DNA from: Eledone cirrhosa
Taxonomy: Eukaryota
DNA length: 64,000 nt
Assembly: GCA_964016885.1 (NCBI GenBank)
Contig: OZ024740.1
Coordinates: forward strand, 26,846,001-26,910,000
Reading direction: 5' to 3'
A model generated the notes under the pieces. That model worked only from the letters and a program-made list of their open reading frames with translations, was not told the DNA's origin and ran no database searches. Every line of letters begins with the position of its first letter. The stretch's first letter is position 1. Positions 42,340-56,445 of this stretch are shown one piece after another. The position numbers were made by a program, and so were the translations under genes.

Positions 42340-43425
42340 TTTTCAAATTAACATTCTTGATAACAGGATTCATCATACTCTTAACAGTAATTTTAGATAA
42401 ACGCAAATGTCAACCATGCTCGTACATTAAACGAACAGCAAATAATTCAGTATTATTCTGCTTAACTAAGAACGTTTAGAAGTTGTCCATAGATTCCGGC
42501 CTGAAATTCAGCTGTGATGGGTAGCCCTTATCGATGTCTAAAGCCGTACCAGTGACAATATGTTCATTAATTGCTCAATAGACGCCGAGTTGTTGCAGTT
42601 TGTACAAAGATGAAATAGAAAGAAAAACAATGGAATATTTACATTAAAGAAATAGAGCAACACCAACAAAAAACACTAAGGATATAACATTATAAATATG
42701 TAACAGTATACAGAAATAACATTATATAACAACATAACAATGGGTTATTTACATGGAGTAAAAGGTTGTGGTTAGACAGCGAATTGGTTGTTAGTCGTCA
42801 GATAGAAAGCTGCACGGTATTTGTTTCGGAAATCTACTCTCTGGGTTCAAATCCCGCTTCGGTCGATTAAAATATACCAGTCAAATACTGGTGTCGATTC
42901 TTCTTCTATATTTCTTTCCTACGTCCAGTCTCCTAATCTCTATCCTTCTCTAGAAGAAATCTATTGTCTTCAGACTTGGAGTTGAGATGGGCTCCACCAG
43001 TTTTAAAATGCCTTAGAAATGTCGTATATCAATACGACACGCCCTACGATTCCCTCACTAGTTACGGGACTATGCATGCAAAAGGGTGTCATTAATAATA
43101 ACAATAAAGATTCATAAATAAATGGATGGCAATAAAAATCTGAACATAATAGAACCACAAAACATCAACAGGTCAAACCATCTTAAAAGTGGGTCGAGCT
43201 ATACTATTTGATTCAGGGTTCCCATGATATAGTGCTCACCACCAGCCTACAACCACGTACTTATTGCGGGTTCATCTAGCTACAACAACTTGGGCAGTTT
43301 AATATTTTATAATATTTAAGATAGCATCTCTCAATATACGCCTACATCCCTCTTCAAGTATAGGTTCAGCTAACCTGCTTCGTTACCAAAGTTTTATTGC
43401 AGGTATACCACAAATATCCCTTCAG

Positions 43426-43545
43426 GACAGTTAGTTCACCATACCGAGAACATATGTTTCACCTTATGTGGATCTTCAGACTCAGTCCGAGCTGAAGATC
43501 CGCATAAGATGAAACAATTGTTCTCGGTATGGTGAGCTAACTGTC
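43426..43545. ncRNA. 120-bp palindrome made of two inverted minimal HHRs (43487-43527 plus, 43444-43486 minus)
   Basis: CCGAG-CUGAAGA-UCCGCAUAAGAU-GAAA-CAAUUG-UU-CUCGG. Confidence 0.7.
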
Positions 43546-43555
43546 GTGTTACTAC

Positions 43556-43602
<47 letters not shown>

Positions 43603-44469
43603 TGTGTATGTATATATATGAAATGTGTGGTCATTGTGTAGATTAATGCATTTTTAAATCATATATATATAAACCAAATCGACTTAGCAAATGTTCTAAA
43701 GAAAAGTAGATGAAAAGGCATGCAATGATTTCGAAGTTTTTCCAAAGTTCATCAAGCATTTTAACGTGTCAGCTTAGGCAAAATTAGTTTAATTATCGGT
43801 ACTAGAAGAATAACCACCCTCGGTTATTTTTCTGCTCGCATGTGTAGTGTGCATATTGATATTATACGCACGTATATATGCATGTAGATATGATACATCA
43901 AATAACATCGTAATTGACAATATGCACAGAAATTGAACGAAGACTGCGTTACACTGTCTTCTGTAATCAGTAACGTAATCCATGATACATTAAAAAATGA
44001 CGATATTCTATATAAACTGCATTAGGAGAAAATTAGTGACGGAAATATATCAATGTTTAATTAAGCGATCGCTAACCGGAAGTGTTGACATTTGAAAATT
44101 TTAAAGAAGTGAATCTGTAAATAAACAATAAAATATATTTAATCAACAGCTACGAAATTTAGTAGATAAATTATGTAATATTCATTCATTATTTATTCAA
44201 AGTAATCCAACTAAGGGGATAACAAATTATAAACCGTACACAGTCCCGCACTCCTTACTTTATTATAGTTTAGATTTATATATACGCACACTCAGAAACA
44301 AACATACACACACACGTAACGCACACATATATTGACACATATACATAAACATGCACACGTACACACAGACACACGTGTTTGTTATGCAATAGCATCTCTT
44401 GATAACATTTTGGGTTGATTGAAAACAGAATAGAATATTCTGTGTCTTGACGAAATACTACAGATTCCA

Positions 44470-44612
44470 GACTCCTTATCTTCCACCTCAGAGATGGTAC
44501 TTTATTTATCGACCCATCGTAGATCAAAAGCAAAGTTAACCTCGGCGGAAGTTGAGCTTAGAGTGCAGAAAGGCGAAACAAATGCTAAACCCTTAAATTC
44601 GCTGCTCTAACA
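44470..44612 (-). mobile_element. Old S1-related SINE (homolog at 57370-57515)
   Basis: GGTACTTTATTTATCGACCC...GCAAAGTTAACCTCGGCGG. Confidence 0.7.
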
Positions 44613-45885
44613 TTTTTTATGTATGTATGTATGTATGTATGTATGTATGTATGTATGTATGTATGTATGTATGTATGTATGCATGAATGTATGTATGTAT
44701 GCTTGTATGTATCAAGAAACTGGTATAACTCCGATATAAAACCTGCGGCTCAGTAGTTACCGATGATGTTGATCTGTTCCCCTTTTGGGGTTACAACTAC
44801 TGTCGCTCAGAGAGTGGGATTGGCTCAGTGTACAGTCTTTCCTCACATTAAAAAAATATCTTCAAGCACAGGCATTGCACGATAACATTTATTGATAATT
44901 ATTAATAATGGTATATCGTGCAATGGCCATACTCGATAACGAGGGGGCAGCCATCATCATGTATATATATATATATATATATGTATGTATGCAATTATGT
45001 ATGTATGTAGGTATGTATGTAGTATGTATCTATGTATGTATGTATGTATGTATGTATGTATGTATGTATGTACGTGTGTATGTGTGTTTGTATGTATGAA
45101 CGTATGCATATACGTATGTATGTATGAACGTATGTATATGTGTATGTATCTATGTGTCTATCTATGAATGTATGTATATATATATAAGTATGTGTGTGTA
45201 TGTATGAGTGTATGTATGTATGTATATATGTATGCATGTATGTATGTGTGTACAATGTTATACATGTATGAATGCATGTATGTTTGTATGTAGATATGTC
45301 TCAGGTCGCTCTTCAGTACAACCTGTTATATGGCCGGGTCGTCAGCGACTAGACCGGCAACGGCCCCTAGTGTGCTTCGTGAGGAAGGTGGGTGGCGGAC
45401 CTGTGGGATGAGAAACGAAACCTGACAAAATGTGGAGTAACCCACCAGTGTCAACGGCCCTCAATACTGTGTGGGTGTGTATATAGTGTGTGGGTGTGTA
45501 TATAGTGTGTGGGTGTGTATATAGTGTGGATATGTATATAGTGTGTGGGTGTGTATATATTGTGTAGATATATATATATAGTGTGTAGATATGTATATAT
45601 TGTGTAGATATGTATATATTGTGTAGATATGTATATAGTGTGTGGGTGTGTATGTAGTGTGTAGATATATATATATGTGTGTTTGTATGTATGATTCATT
45701 GTACGTGCGTATGAATGTATGTATATGTATGTATATATGTATGAATGTATATATATACGTATATATGTATATATGTGTCTGTAAGTATGAATGTATGCAT
45801 ATCAATCGTCATATTCAGTCCTTTGCATATTACTTACTTTAAACATTTAATGGCCGGTAATATTGTTAAACACACACACATATAA

Positions 45886-46075
<190 letters not shown>

Positions 46076-46127
46076 GTATATATCGGGAATTTTACCCGCC
46101 CTAGAAAAAAAAATATATATATATATT

Positions 46128-46242
<115 letters not shown>

Positions 46243-46514
46243 TATATATATTATATATATATATATTATATATATATAGGAAAATGTTTAACCCCGACGG
46301 CAGAGCTCGAGTCGTTTCGACGGCTATTTATATATATATATATATATATATTTGTGTGTGTATATGTGTGTGTGTGCGTATATATGTATGTGTGAGTAGT
46401 AAATTATTTTTATGTGATATGAATTTTACTGTTTTCCTCTCATGTAACAGGATTTGTAACGTAATGGATTCAGAGAATCTAAAATATTCATGTTTAAATA
46501 TGCAATACCCGCAG

Positions 46515-46563
<49 letters not shown>

Positions 46564-46572
46564 TAAAACACA

Positions 46573-46616
<44 letters not shown>

Positions 46617-46831
46617 AACACACACACATAAAACACAGACACATTCACACACACCCAGACACAAACACACCGGTATATATATATAGAATTAGCGGCAGAG
46701 GTTGAACATCCAAAGGAGTGCGTAACTGTGTGTCGGGGGGCCAGAGCCCTGGATCACATCTACAACAGACCTGTATTTTAGTCGAAACTGCCTCCACCTA
46801 TCTGTCGGCATTTTAGAGAATTCCTTCATAC

Positions 46832-46914
<83 letters not shown>

Positions 46915-47241
46915 TTTCTCTCTCTCCTCTCTCTCTCTCCCCCTCTCTCTCTCTCAAATCACTGCTAAATTTATCTCTCTCTCTTTTTAGCCCCTCTAAC
47001 AAACCCCTTCTTTTTGTATATATATATATATAGATAGATAGATACATATTTAATATAGAAAAGTTTCTACAGGACTCGAACTGTTTCATTCGGGAGAAAT
47101 ATTATCATGGGATGATATTTTCGTTCTCATCAGATAAAATAGGGAGACATGATATGAAGCTTAAAAAACACTTGCGAGCAGTGAAGTGTTAAATCAACTT
47201 CACTGCTCGCAAGTGTTTTTAAGCTTCATATCATGTCTCCC

Positions 47242-47312
47242 TATTTTATCTGATGAGAACGCAAATATCATCCCATGATGATATTTGTTTTTGAAATGCG
47301 CATAATAAAATA
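47242..47312 (+). ncRNA. Intact minimal type-I hammerhead ribozyme motif
   Basis: UAUUUUAU-CUGAUGA-GAACGCAAAUAUCAU..AUGAUAUUUGUUUUU-GAAA-UGCGCA-UA-AUAAAAUA; perfect 8-bp stem I and palindromic stem III. Confidence 0.8.
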
Positions 47313-47363
47313 CATGGAACTCTTTTAACCATCTTTTGATTTTATATTATTTATACTCCAGTC

Positions 47364-47552
47364 GGTGGATTGGCAGTATCGGTAGAGGGTCGGACGCTAT
47401 GCTTTGAAGCATAGAGTTACGTCCCTTGCCATTCTCAGTTCAAATCCCGCCGAGGTTAACTTTGACTTTCATCCTCACAGGGTCGATGAAATAAAGTACC
47501 AGTAATGTCAAAGGGTAATTGCTGGCCTTGTGCCAAAAGTAGAAACAATTAT
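47364..47552 (+). mobile_element. SINE family S1 with 18-bp TSD
   Basis: ATTATTTATACTCCAGTC at 47346-47363 and 47548-47565. Confidence 0.92.
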
Positions 47553-47638
47553 TTATACTCCAGTCCTATAAACTGTTGAGTGCTACTTAATCAATATTTA
47601 CATTGCTTTATTGTGCTACAATAAAACTCACCTCCTAC

Positions 47639-47716
<78 letters not shown>

Positions 47717-48061
47717 TATATTATATATATATATATATATATATATTATGTTAAATGCAGAATTGATTGGAAGTCCGCTAATTTGTCTCGTCTGACCAGA
47801 TGAATTAATTGTGAAACACAAGTCGCAATCAATGCAAGATATACAATACATTTCATGCTACAAGACGTATTGGAATCCCTTATAACAATCAATAAATGTT
47901 TGGTAGTTTGTTTTATTGTTTACAAACCTATTATACATACGTACGTACATACACCTATACATATATTATAAAATATGTCTTTATATAAACATAAATATAT
48001 ATATATATATATCTTACGTGTTTGAGAACAGTTAAAGTGTATATATATATATATATATTTA

Positions 48062-48093
<32 letters not shown>

Positions 48094-48181
48094 CATATAC
48101 ATAGAAACACACACACATATATATATATAATTATATATATGTGTGTGTGTTTCTACTCATATACATATATGTATATATACA

Positions 48182-48341
<160 letters not shown>

Positions 48342-48577
48342 AGTGTGTGCGTGTGCGTGTGTGTGTGTGGGGGGGGGGGGGGGGGGGTTATACCGAATCT
48401 GCAGAGTAACACTTTTAGTATTTTATAAGATTATAAAACAATCGAAACCGGAAATGTCTGACAAATATTTCATTGATCTCATGTAACAATAATAAATATA
48501 TTCTTATATAGGTTATTATTATATGTATGCCTTTGCATTTTCACTTTTACTTTTCAGTTATAAACATATATATATAT

Positions 48578-48658
<81 letters not shown>

Positions 48659-48661
<3 letters not shown>

Positions 48662-48850
48662 CGAAGGAAATGTGGTAAGGAACCAGATGGACCATAACGC
48701 ACCAAAGTATCCAATGTTTAGTAGAGTGGGTAATAGGAACAAGTGTGTACCCGACGGCAGAGCTCAACCCGTTTCCACGGCTAATTCTGGAGCCCAGAAT
48801 TAGCCGTCGAAACTGCTTCAGCTCTGCCGTCGGGGTCATATTTGTTCCTA
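48659..48850 (-). mobile_element. Family C cassette, full
   Basis: Reverse complement of 36046-36240; (TA)n flanks. Confidence 0.82.
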
Positions 48851-49037
48851 TATATATATATATATATATAGTAATAATAATAACAATATTTATACTTATA
48901 TATGTTTAATACACAATTCTAAATATGGAGGGTAGTGGTAAGTACTAGCCGGTGATACCAGGCACCCCTCTGGAAGAAACAATTGTCAGCAAAGAAATGT
49001 ATTAAACAAAGATTTGATTGTTTTAACACTTTGTATA

Positions 49038-49107
<70 letters not shown>

Positions 49108-49183
49108 CACTCATATATATGTGTATATATATATATATATATATACACATATATGTATGTGTATATATATACATATATATATG

Positions 49184-49237
<54 letters not shown>

Positions 49238-49242
49238 TACAC

Positions 49243-49291
<49 letters not shown>

Positions 49292-49310
49292 CACATATAT
49301 ATATGTGTGT

Positions 49311-49364
<54 letters not shown>

Positions 49365-49368
<4 letters not shown>

Positions 49369-49457
49369 GAAGAAGTATCACTCCGACGGCAGAGCTCAAG
49401 CCGTTTCGACTGCTATTTCCGGACATCTGGTTCCTTACCACAATTCCCTCGTTATAT
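49365..49457 (+). mobile_element. Family C cassette, internally deleted
   Basis: Left arm joined to tail CATCTGGTTCCTTACCAC. Confidence 0.7.
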
Positions 49458-49574
49458 TTATATATAGGTATTAAATTGTTAAACAATATTCGATGATTAT
49501 GTCAAAGAATGAATTTATACAGTAGATTGGAAGCACTCAACGATGAAAAAAAAATTTTTTTTCAGGAGTTATTG

Positions 49575-49876
49575 ATATTAAAATATAAGTATTAGTAAAA
49601 TAGATGTTCTTTTGATCAATTACATTTTATTATACATATTTCGGATGTACAACAGTACGTCCTCATCAAACAAAATATAATGATACATGACATACCCTGA
49701 GATGTTAACTGGTTAAGATTTAATCAAGGTAGACTACCTTGATTAAATCTTAACCATTTAACATCTGAGGGTATGTCATGTATCATTATATTTTGTATGA
49801 TGAGGACGTAAATCCGAAATATGTATAATAAAATGTAATTGATCAAAAGAACATCTATTTTATTAATACTTATATT

Positions 49877-49883
<7 letters not shown>
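49575..49883. mobile_element. Family B fold-back cassette, HHR cores decayed
   Basis: Palindrome centred on GGTAGACTACC ~49732; cores read UUGAUGA and AUGAUGA with GAAAUAUGUAUA. Confidence 0.72.
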
Positions 49884-49955
<72 letters not shown>

Positions 49956-50325
49956 GAGTCTATGTTGCGTTTATACATATATTTATATATACATGCATGT
50001 GTGTGTGTGCATGTTTCTATATGCGAGTGTGTGTGTTTGTGTGTGCTTCTGTGTGTGTGTGAATAATAAGATATTTCTATAACAACAGAACGTTGGTGTG
50101 TGTAAAAATTAGTCGGCAAATATTTGAAGATTTAGGATTAAGTCGCTTGTTAAATACTTACACACATTTATTACACAGACAGATACATACACACATAGTC
50201 ACACAGACACACACAGACACACAGATACACAGACACACAGATATATTCTCCAGCACTATTCAAATGCTCCAGAAACGTCATATTTCAGCACAGTGGCTTC
50301 GGTTCTTCACCAAAGATACGGGTCC

Positions 50326-50377
<52 letters not shown>

Positions 50378-50539
50378 TCATATATATATATATATATATA
50401 TATATGTAGATAAATCTACCAAGAGTTTACGGTAGTGTCCAATCCGTATGAAGAACTCAATGTATTCCGGATATCATGGAAAGAAGAGATGTAATGAAAA
50501 ATCACTTTCGGTGAAAGATAAACGGTATACAGAGTCAAG

Positions 50540-50950
50540 ATAAAATATTAAACAAATAATGAATAAACAATGAAACAGTTCCTTATATTAAACAAAAAAA
50601 GTTCATTATTTAACGATCGTTTCTAGGATATATATGTGTTAGAATTGGCATGCATATTCAACAGATCTATGTACAAAATTATACAAAATTATACAAACTA
50701 TCAAGATTAAATATACATACCAACACATATATACGCCGTCTTCAGAAATATTTCTGAAGACGGCGTATATATGTGTTGGTATGTATATTTAATCTTGATA
50801 GTTTGTATAATTTTGTATAATTTTGTACATAGATCTGTTGAATATGCATGCCAATTCTAACACATATATATCCTAGAAACGATCGTTAAATAATGAACTT
50901 TTTTTGTTTAATATAAGGAACTGTTTCATTGTTTATTCATTATTTGTTTA

Positions 50951-50959
<9 letters not shown>
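50540..50959. repeat. Perfect 420-bp spacerless palindrome containing two HHR motifs
   Basis: Centre CAGAAAT|ATTTCTG at 50749/50750; AUUU-CUGAAGA-long stem II-GAAA-CGAUCG-UU-AAAU at 50750-50891. Confidence 0.85.
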
Positions 50960-51023
<64 letters not shown>

Positions 51024-51048
51024 GTACATACGTGTGTGTATATATGTG

Positions 51049-51365
<317 letters not shown>

Positions 51366-51452
51366 TATATATATATATTAGAAAGAGTCGGGACCACGAC
51401 GGCTGAACACTTGCCGTTTCAATAGCCAGTTCTAGACTCATGATTGATACAT

Positions 51453-51505
<53 letters not shown>

Positions 51506-51784
51506 TGTGTGTGTGCGTGTGTGTGTATATGATTGAATACACACATGTTTTATCTCAAAATCATTTCCCCTCCGACACCTTCTATTGACGAGTATCTGAA
51601 ATATTGACTTTTTCCTACATCAAGTGTTATATTTCTTCATTGTACTGTTTTTCCATATTCTATTTAATTCTTGCATATATATATCCATATATACCTGTCA
51701 GTGTTTCTTATATGTATGCACACGCGCAAACACATACAGATACACACACTCACGCTCACTCCCACACACACGCACACCACACTG

Positions 51785-51816
<32 letters not shown>

Positions 51817-52156
51817 GAACTCTGGATCTCAGAGACCATGTCCAGCTAACCCCACTCTCTCTGTGTCACTTTTGAGCTGACTTTTGGGAGGCTCCCGTAC
51901 AGCTCTGGGTTTTTCATACTCAGTGTATACTGATTAATGTTCAGAGCCATCCTCAGCATTCTCGTGAAGCACCCATCCCCCATCTGAGTGGGAGCCCCTA
52001 CATGGACACACTGGAAGAGGAAGACCAAGGATAACGTATGTTGATGCCCTTAGGATATACACTAGTTGGTTGGAGACGCAGGACATGGCAGCGATAATGT
52101 GGGACAGAGACTGCTGGAGAGAACTCGTCCATGGATCTCGGGAATTTTAGCCGCCC

Positions 52157-52159
<3 letters not shown>
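51817..52159. mobile_element. RTE-clade LINE 3' fragment with 5' inversion
   Basis: Minus: FTRMLRMALNI..NPELYGSLP..LAGH. Plus: WEPLHGHTGRGRPRITYVDAL..MWDRDCWRELV. Confidence 0.75.
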
Positions 52160-52221
<62 letters not shown>

Positions 52222-52225
<4 letters not shown>

Positions 52226-52410
52226 AAATATTCAGCACCCCGACGGCTGAGCTCCGGCGGTTTGGACAGTTCGTATCTAGCTGTCGAAACGGCCGGAGCT
52301 CATCCGTCGTGGTCCTGAATCTGTTCATATTACCCATTCTACTACCCCAAGCATCGAGTACTCTGGCGGGGTATGGTCCACCTCGTATCATACCACACGA
52401 TATTTATATA
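52222..52410 (+). mobile_element. Diverged family C relative
   Basis: CCCCGACGGCTGAGCTCCGG..GTCGAAACGGCCGGAGCTCATCCGTC and tail ATTACCCATTCTACTACCCCAAG. Confidence 0.7.
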
Positions 52411-52696
52411 ACAAGGGAAGCCGAAGGTTTTATCTTTTCAACTAGGGAAGGAGCTTCTTCTTTCCTTATTATATATACTCCGTCGGATATCATTTAGGAA
52501 CGACGACGTGGAGTGCTTAATCGGAACGCACCATAGATAGTTAACCTATACGGATATATATATACATATACATACAAACGTATGTCTATATATATATAAT
52601 AGTAGAATACTGGTCGGTTATATCCGTAGTAGTAGAGCATTCAATCCATGGGACAAATTTGGTAGATGTAGTTCCACAACATTTAGTTCACGATTA

Positions 52697-52737
52697 CCGA
52701 GAACAATTGTTTCACCTTTTTCGGATCATCAGCTCAG
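52697..52737 (-). ncRNA. Minimal hammerhead motif, same family as 43487
   Basis: CUGAG-CUGAUGA-UCC-GAAAAA-GGU-GAAA-CAAUUG-UU-CUCGG. Confidence 0.68.
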
Positions 52738-53461
52738 TTTAAATGAGATTGTACATACAATGGAGCTACTTCTATATATGTGTGCGAGTGTGTGTGTGAG
52801 TTTGTGTGTGTTGTGTTATAAGCGAAGATCCCGTTAAGGATATGTTTTCTCGGTGCTAAGGTTGGGCGGGTGTCTGTGGTTTTAAATATCACTGTGTTGG
52901 TGTTCAATTTCATTTAATTGTTTAATGTGAATTAAATGGTTAATTCTGAAATATATTTCCTTTACTAGATTTGGATTATTATATATCAATTTCATGTATG
53001 GGATCTACAAATTAGGCCGAGAAACCGGTGTTAAATATCAACTGTTAATATTAAATTGTATTAGGGTGTTGGATCTGCAGAATTAGCAGAGCATCGGATA
53101 AAATGAAATTGTATTATATATACTGCCTTCACTTGTCAACAATTTTCATTCGGTTTCGATACACAGCAAGTCTCCGATATCCGAACGGCTAAATGTCAGC
53201 CAAAGGATACCGTGGAGTCATGATTTGGATGCGGTCCGGCCCTCTCGGTTTGTAAGAAGTTTAGAGGTGAAACACTTCTCTGAACACATTCTGCAATACA
53301 GAGGTTTCTTACCAATAAGTTCAAATAGCACAAAATTGATCTTTAACATTCATAAGTTCCGGGATCGATAAATAAAGTGCCATCCATGTGCTAGGTTTGA
53401 TTTAATCAACATTGATTTTCCTTCGGTATTTGCTTGTCTTTCTGTCTTCTGCATTACTAGC

Positions 53462-55032
53462 GGCGGTAACGGGGTTTGGGGCCGCGGCGAATACGTTGGA
53501 GGCGGAGAACGTGCTACATCATGTCACGTTCAAGATGAGAGACTTACCCGCTTCTAAAAGGAAGAGTGTAATTCCGTCGGGGCGCTTGCCGTCACCATGA
53601 TCGAGGCCCACTTACTCCAGTTGTGCCGGGGTCCGTCAGTATAGAGGTTCCTTCTCATCATGTCATTGAGAGTAACTTATTGGAGAAACCGGCTTGCGCT
53701 CTGGTAGCTTGATAATGGGGGCAAGCCGAACTCATCGACGACAACTCCACATGAGCATTTATGTGGCTCACACATGCGGTGTCCTCGTTTTCGGGCTACA
53801 CCGATGCGAGTGCACTTATCATCATGAAGGGCACCGAATTGAGCCACGCGCTGCTGCTTGGCTGCAAGGTGGTGTTACTCCAAGCCAAATTCGATCCACC
53901 TGAAGGTAGCTCTGCTCTTGATGTCGTTCCAGCAATCTTGGACATTTGTATAGTGGAGGGACGAAGGGAAATTCGCTGGTCCATTCGGCCAGAGTTTGCT
54001 TCAGTTCTTGGCTAACGTCATATTCTGCAGACTTGCTGACAATTTGGCTGATAAAGATAAAGCTTGAGAAGAATGAGGAGAAGTAGGCCGCTTGTGCCAG
54101 CTCTAATGTTGTTCGGAGGCTGAGGCCACCTACTGAACCTCACAGGGTGATCGCCTGTTGCCAGCCAGTGATGTCCAAAATGACATTCCGCATAGCGCCG
54201 GATGGTGGCATAGAATTAACCGAGGTCATCAGCGAGAGGGTGACAAGGTGCCGCGTGCAGCGTGAACAAACATTTATGTAGGACAAAGCAATTCTTCAGG
54301 AGGAAGAGAGCAGGGTGTGCGGCGTTGAGGGGCAATCTCCCTGTCATACTCAACAGGTCTGCGTGTTTTGTCTCCAGATATTCCCGTATGGTTCTTGAGA
54401 ATGCAGACAACGTCTCTGGCGTTAGCCGAGCCCCACACAAGACGGCGTGGATGCTGAGTACGGTGTCGTAAAATATGGCCGAACTGTAGATAACGTTTAT
54501 CACCTCGGACTTGGATGGATTGATCTTGAGTTCGGGGAGCATTAGAACTGGGAATATTTTCTGAAGGTCCTCAACTACAGACTCAACCGAGACATCCACT
54601 TTGCGCAGATACATGTTCAAGGGCGACCGGGTAGAGCGGGTCCAGTAGGTCTTCTTGTTGCACACCCGTAACGGAAGTTACCTTGCTTTCAGCAGCCCTA
54701 AGAAGGCTGGGTGTTCCGTACGAGAATTGAGCAATGAGGAATATAGACGAGGCTCCTTTATGATACGTCTCTAAGCCGTGATCCCGCCTAACGCTGTTGA
54801 GAGCATTTCTGATGTCCAGATTCTCTAGGAGGCGCAGGTGATGAGGAGGACATGTGTTCTATAATGTGTATGACCGCATAAACTGCCGCCTGACATCCAA
54901 ACTTTACTCCCACTCCGAGCTGGACATGGCTTTGCGCCTCAGATCATCTTTGACTGACTTTTAAGCTACCTTGGCTACAGGTAGTCGGAAGACGTTGCTC
55001 ATTGCGATGGGACGGACGCATCCATCATTCTG
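53462..55032 (-). pseudogene. Degenerate CRE-clade non-LTR retrotransposon (RT, CCHC remnant, restriction-like endonuclease)
   Basis: Frameshifted motifs CVRPIAMSNVFR, QLGVGVKFGCQAAV, LDIRNALNSVRRD, GVQQEDLLDPL and REL DGKRPDGITLF. Confidence 0.8.
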
Positions 55033-55412
55033 ACTCAAATTAGAAATCAATATTAAGTTCTAATCTTTATAAAATTCAGTTTCTGAGTTTAATTTTATAT
55101 TCCTGGATTGAAAAGAGATGAATGCTGTGATTTAAGCACTGTTTCTGGATTTGGTGTGATCAATCATTGTGAATATCATCGGGTTTTGTATAATTTCTTG
55201 AAGTGCTGATTTAGTATTCATTCTACGTTTGTCTTCTTGCTAATTTATGGAGAAGCTAGTTTACATAATTTCTTATATTCTTAAAGCATGGTACGTTTAT
55301 TGAATCACTTTTATGGGGTAGGTATGAGCGACTGTCATAAAGTATGGTTTCCGTGTGATTTCTGGTATGATATTTAATAATGCAGTGTATGTAATTAATG
55401 TTATAATTAATG

Positions 55413-55476
<64 letters not shown>

Positions 55477-55477
55477 A

Positions 55478-55560
55478 GTAATGAAGATCGCTGGTATAAA
55501 TTCAGGCTCCTCTGATCAGCGTCAAACTCACTCAATCAATATGGCGAATTGCAATGATGC
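55478..55560 (+). repeat. Dispersed ~80-bp repeat next to (TA)n (second copy 56122-56203)
   Basis: GTAA(T/C)GAAGAT..CTGGTATAAATTCAG..CTCACTCAAT..TGGCGAA. Confidence 0.6.
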
Positions 55561-56200
55561 AACTGCAATCAACTCAACTGTTCGGTGGCGGTGTTTAGTT
55601 AGAGGTAGATGTAAATATCTCTTTTCCTGGACGATGTCGTTTCTGTGTAATATAACTTTACAAATGCAGATATTACGTCCACAATGTTGAGAAAATCATG
55701 CAATTTCAGCGGATATTTGCGTAATCGGGCTATTACAACATCTTTAGCAAGCTGTCCAGGTCATACGATAGTTCCGTGTAGTGTGTGCTAGCCATCACTA
55801 CTGGATAAGCTATCTAGCAGTTCACTCCGCCTCTAATAAAAAGAGGAAGAATATCTCGCAGACAACAACACGTGGTTTTTGTTGAATTCAAACAAAGGAA
55901 TTCGCGCCAAAATGAAGCACTCAACCAGCTTCTAGTATATATATACATAACGAGGTTCATATATATATACATATATACAAGCAAATAAAATCTGATATGT
56001 GATACTAAGTCGAACATTCAATACTCAAAATATAATTTTAGGAAACATAAACAAGAAATATTGTAAAGTTTAACCTTATACAGGAGTTTCAAATCGGCGC
56101 AGCTGAGAGTATATAATAAAAGTAACGAAGATTACTGGTATAAATTCAGCATCATCCGGCCAGCGTCTAGCTCACTCAATGTATCTGGCGAAATACAGTA

Positions 56201-56236
<36 letters not shown>

Positions 56237-56242
<6 letters not shown>

Positions 56243-56445
56243 ACGAGTTGGACCCCGACGGCTGAGCTCAAGCCGTTTCGACGGTTAATTCTGGACTAAA
56301 TTTTACTCCAGAATTAGCCGTCGAAACGGCTTGAGCTCAACCGTCGGGGTCCTACTCGTTCCTATTACCCACTCTACTACCCTAAGTATTGAGTACTTTG
56401 GTGCGTTATGGTCCACCTGGTTCCTTACCACATTTCCTCCGTTAT
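56237..56445 (+). mobile_element. Family C cassette, full, near-perfect arms
   Basis: GACCCCGACGGCTGAGCTCAAGCCGTTTCGACGG..CCGTCGAAACGGCTTGAGCTCAACCGTCGGGGTC plus tail. Confidence 0.85.

Larger units (their letters stand above)
47097..47640 (+). mobile_element. Family A fold-back cassette interrupted by a SINE
   Basis: Reverse-complement homolog of 2932-3350; arms centred ~47192. Confidence 0.78.

Noticed and set aside
44060-44095. CCGGAAGT ETS-like promoter motif
   Set aside because: Single short motif with no associated gene; expected by chance
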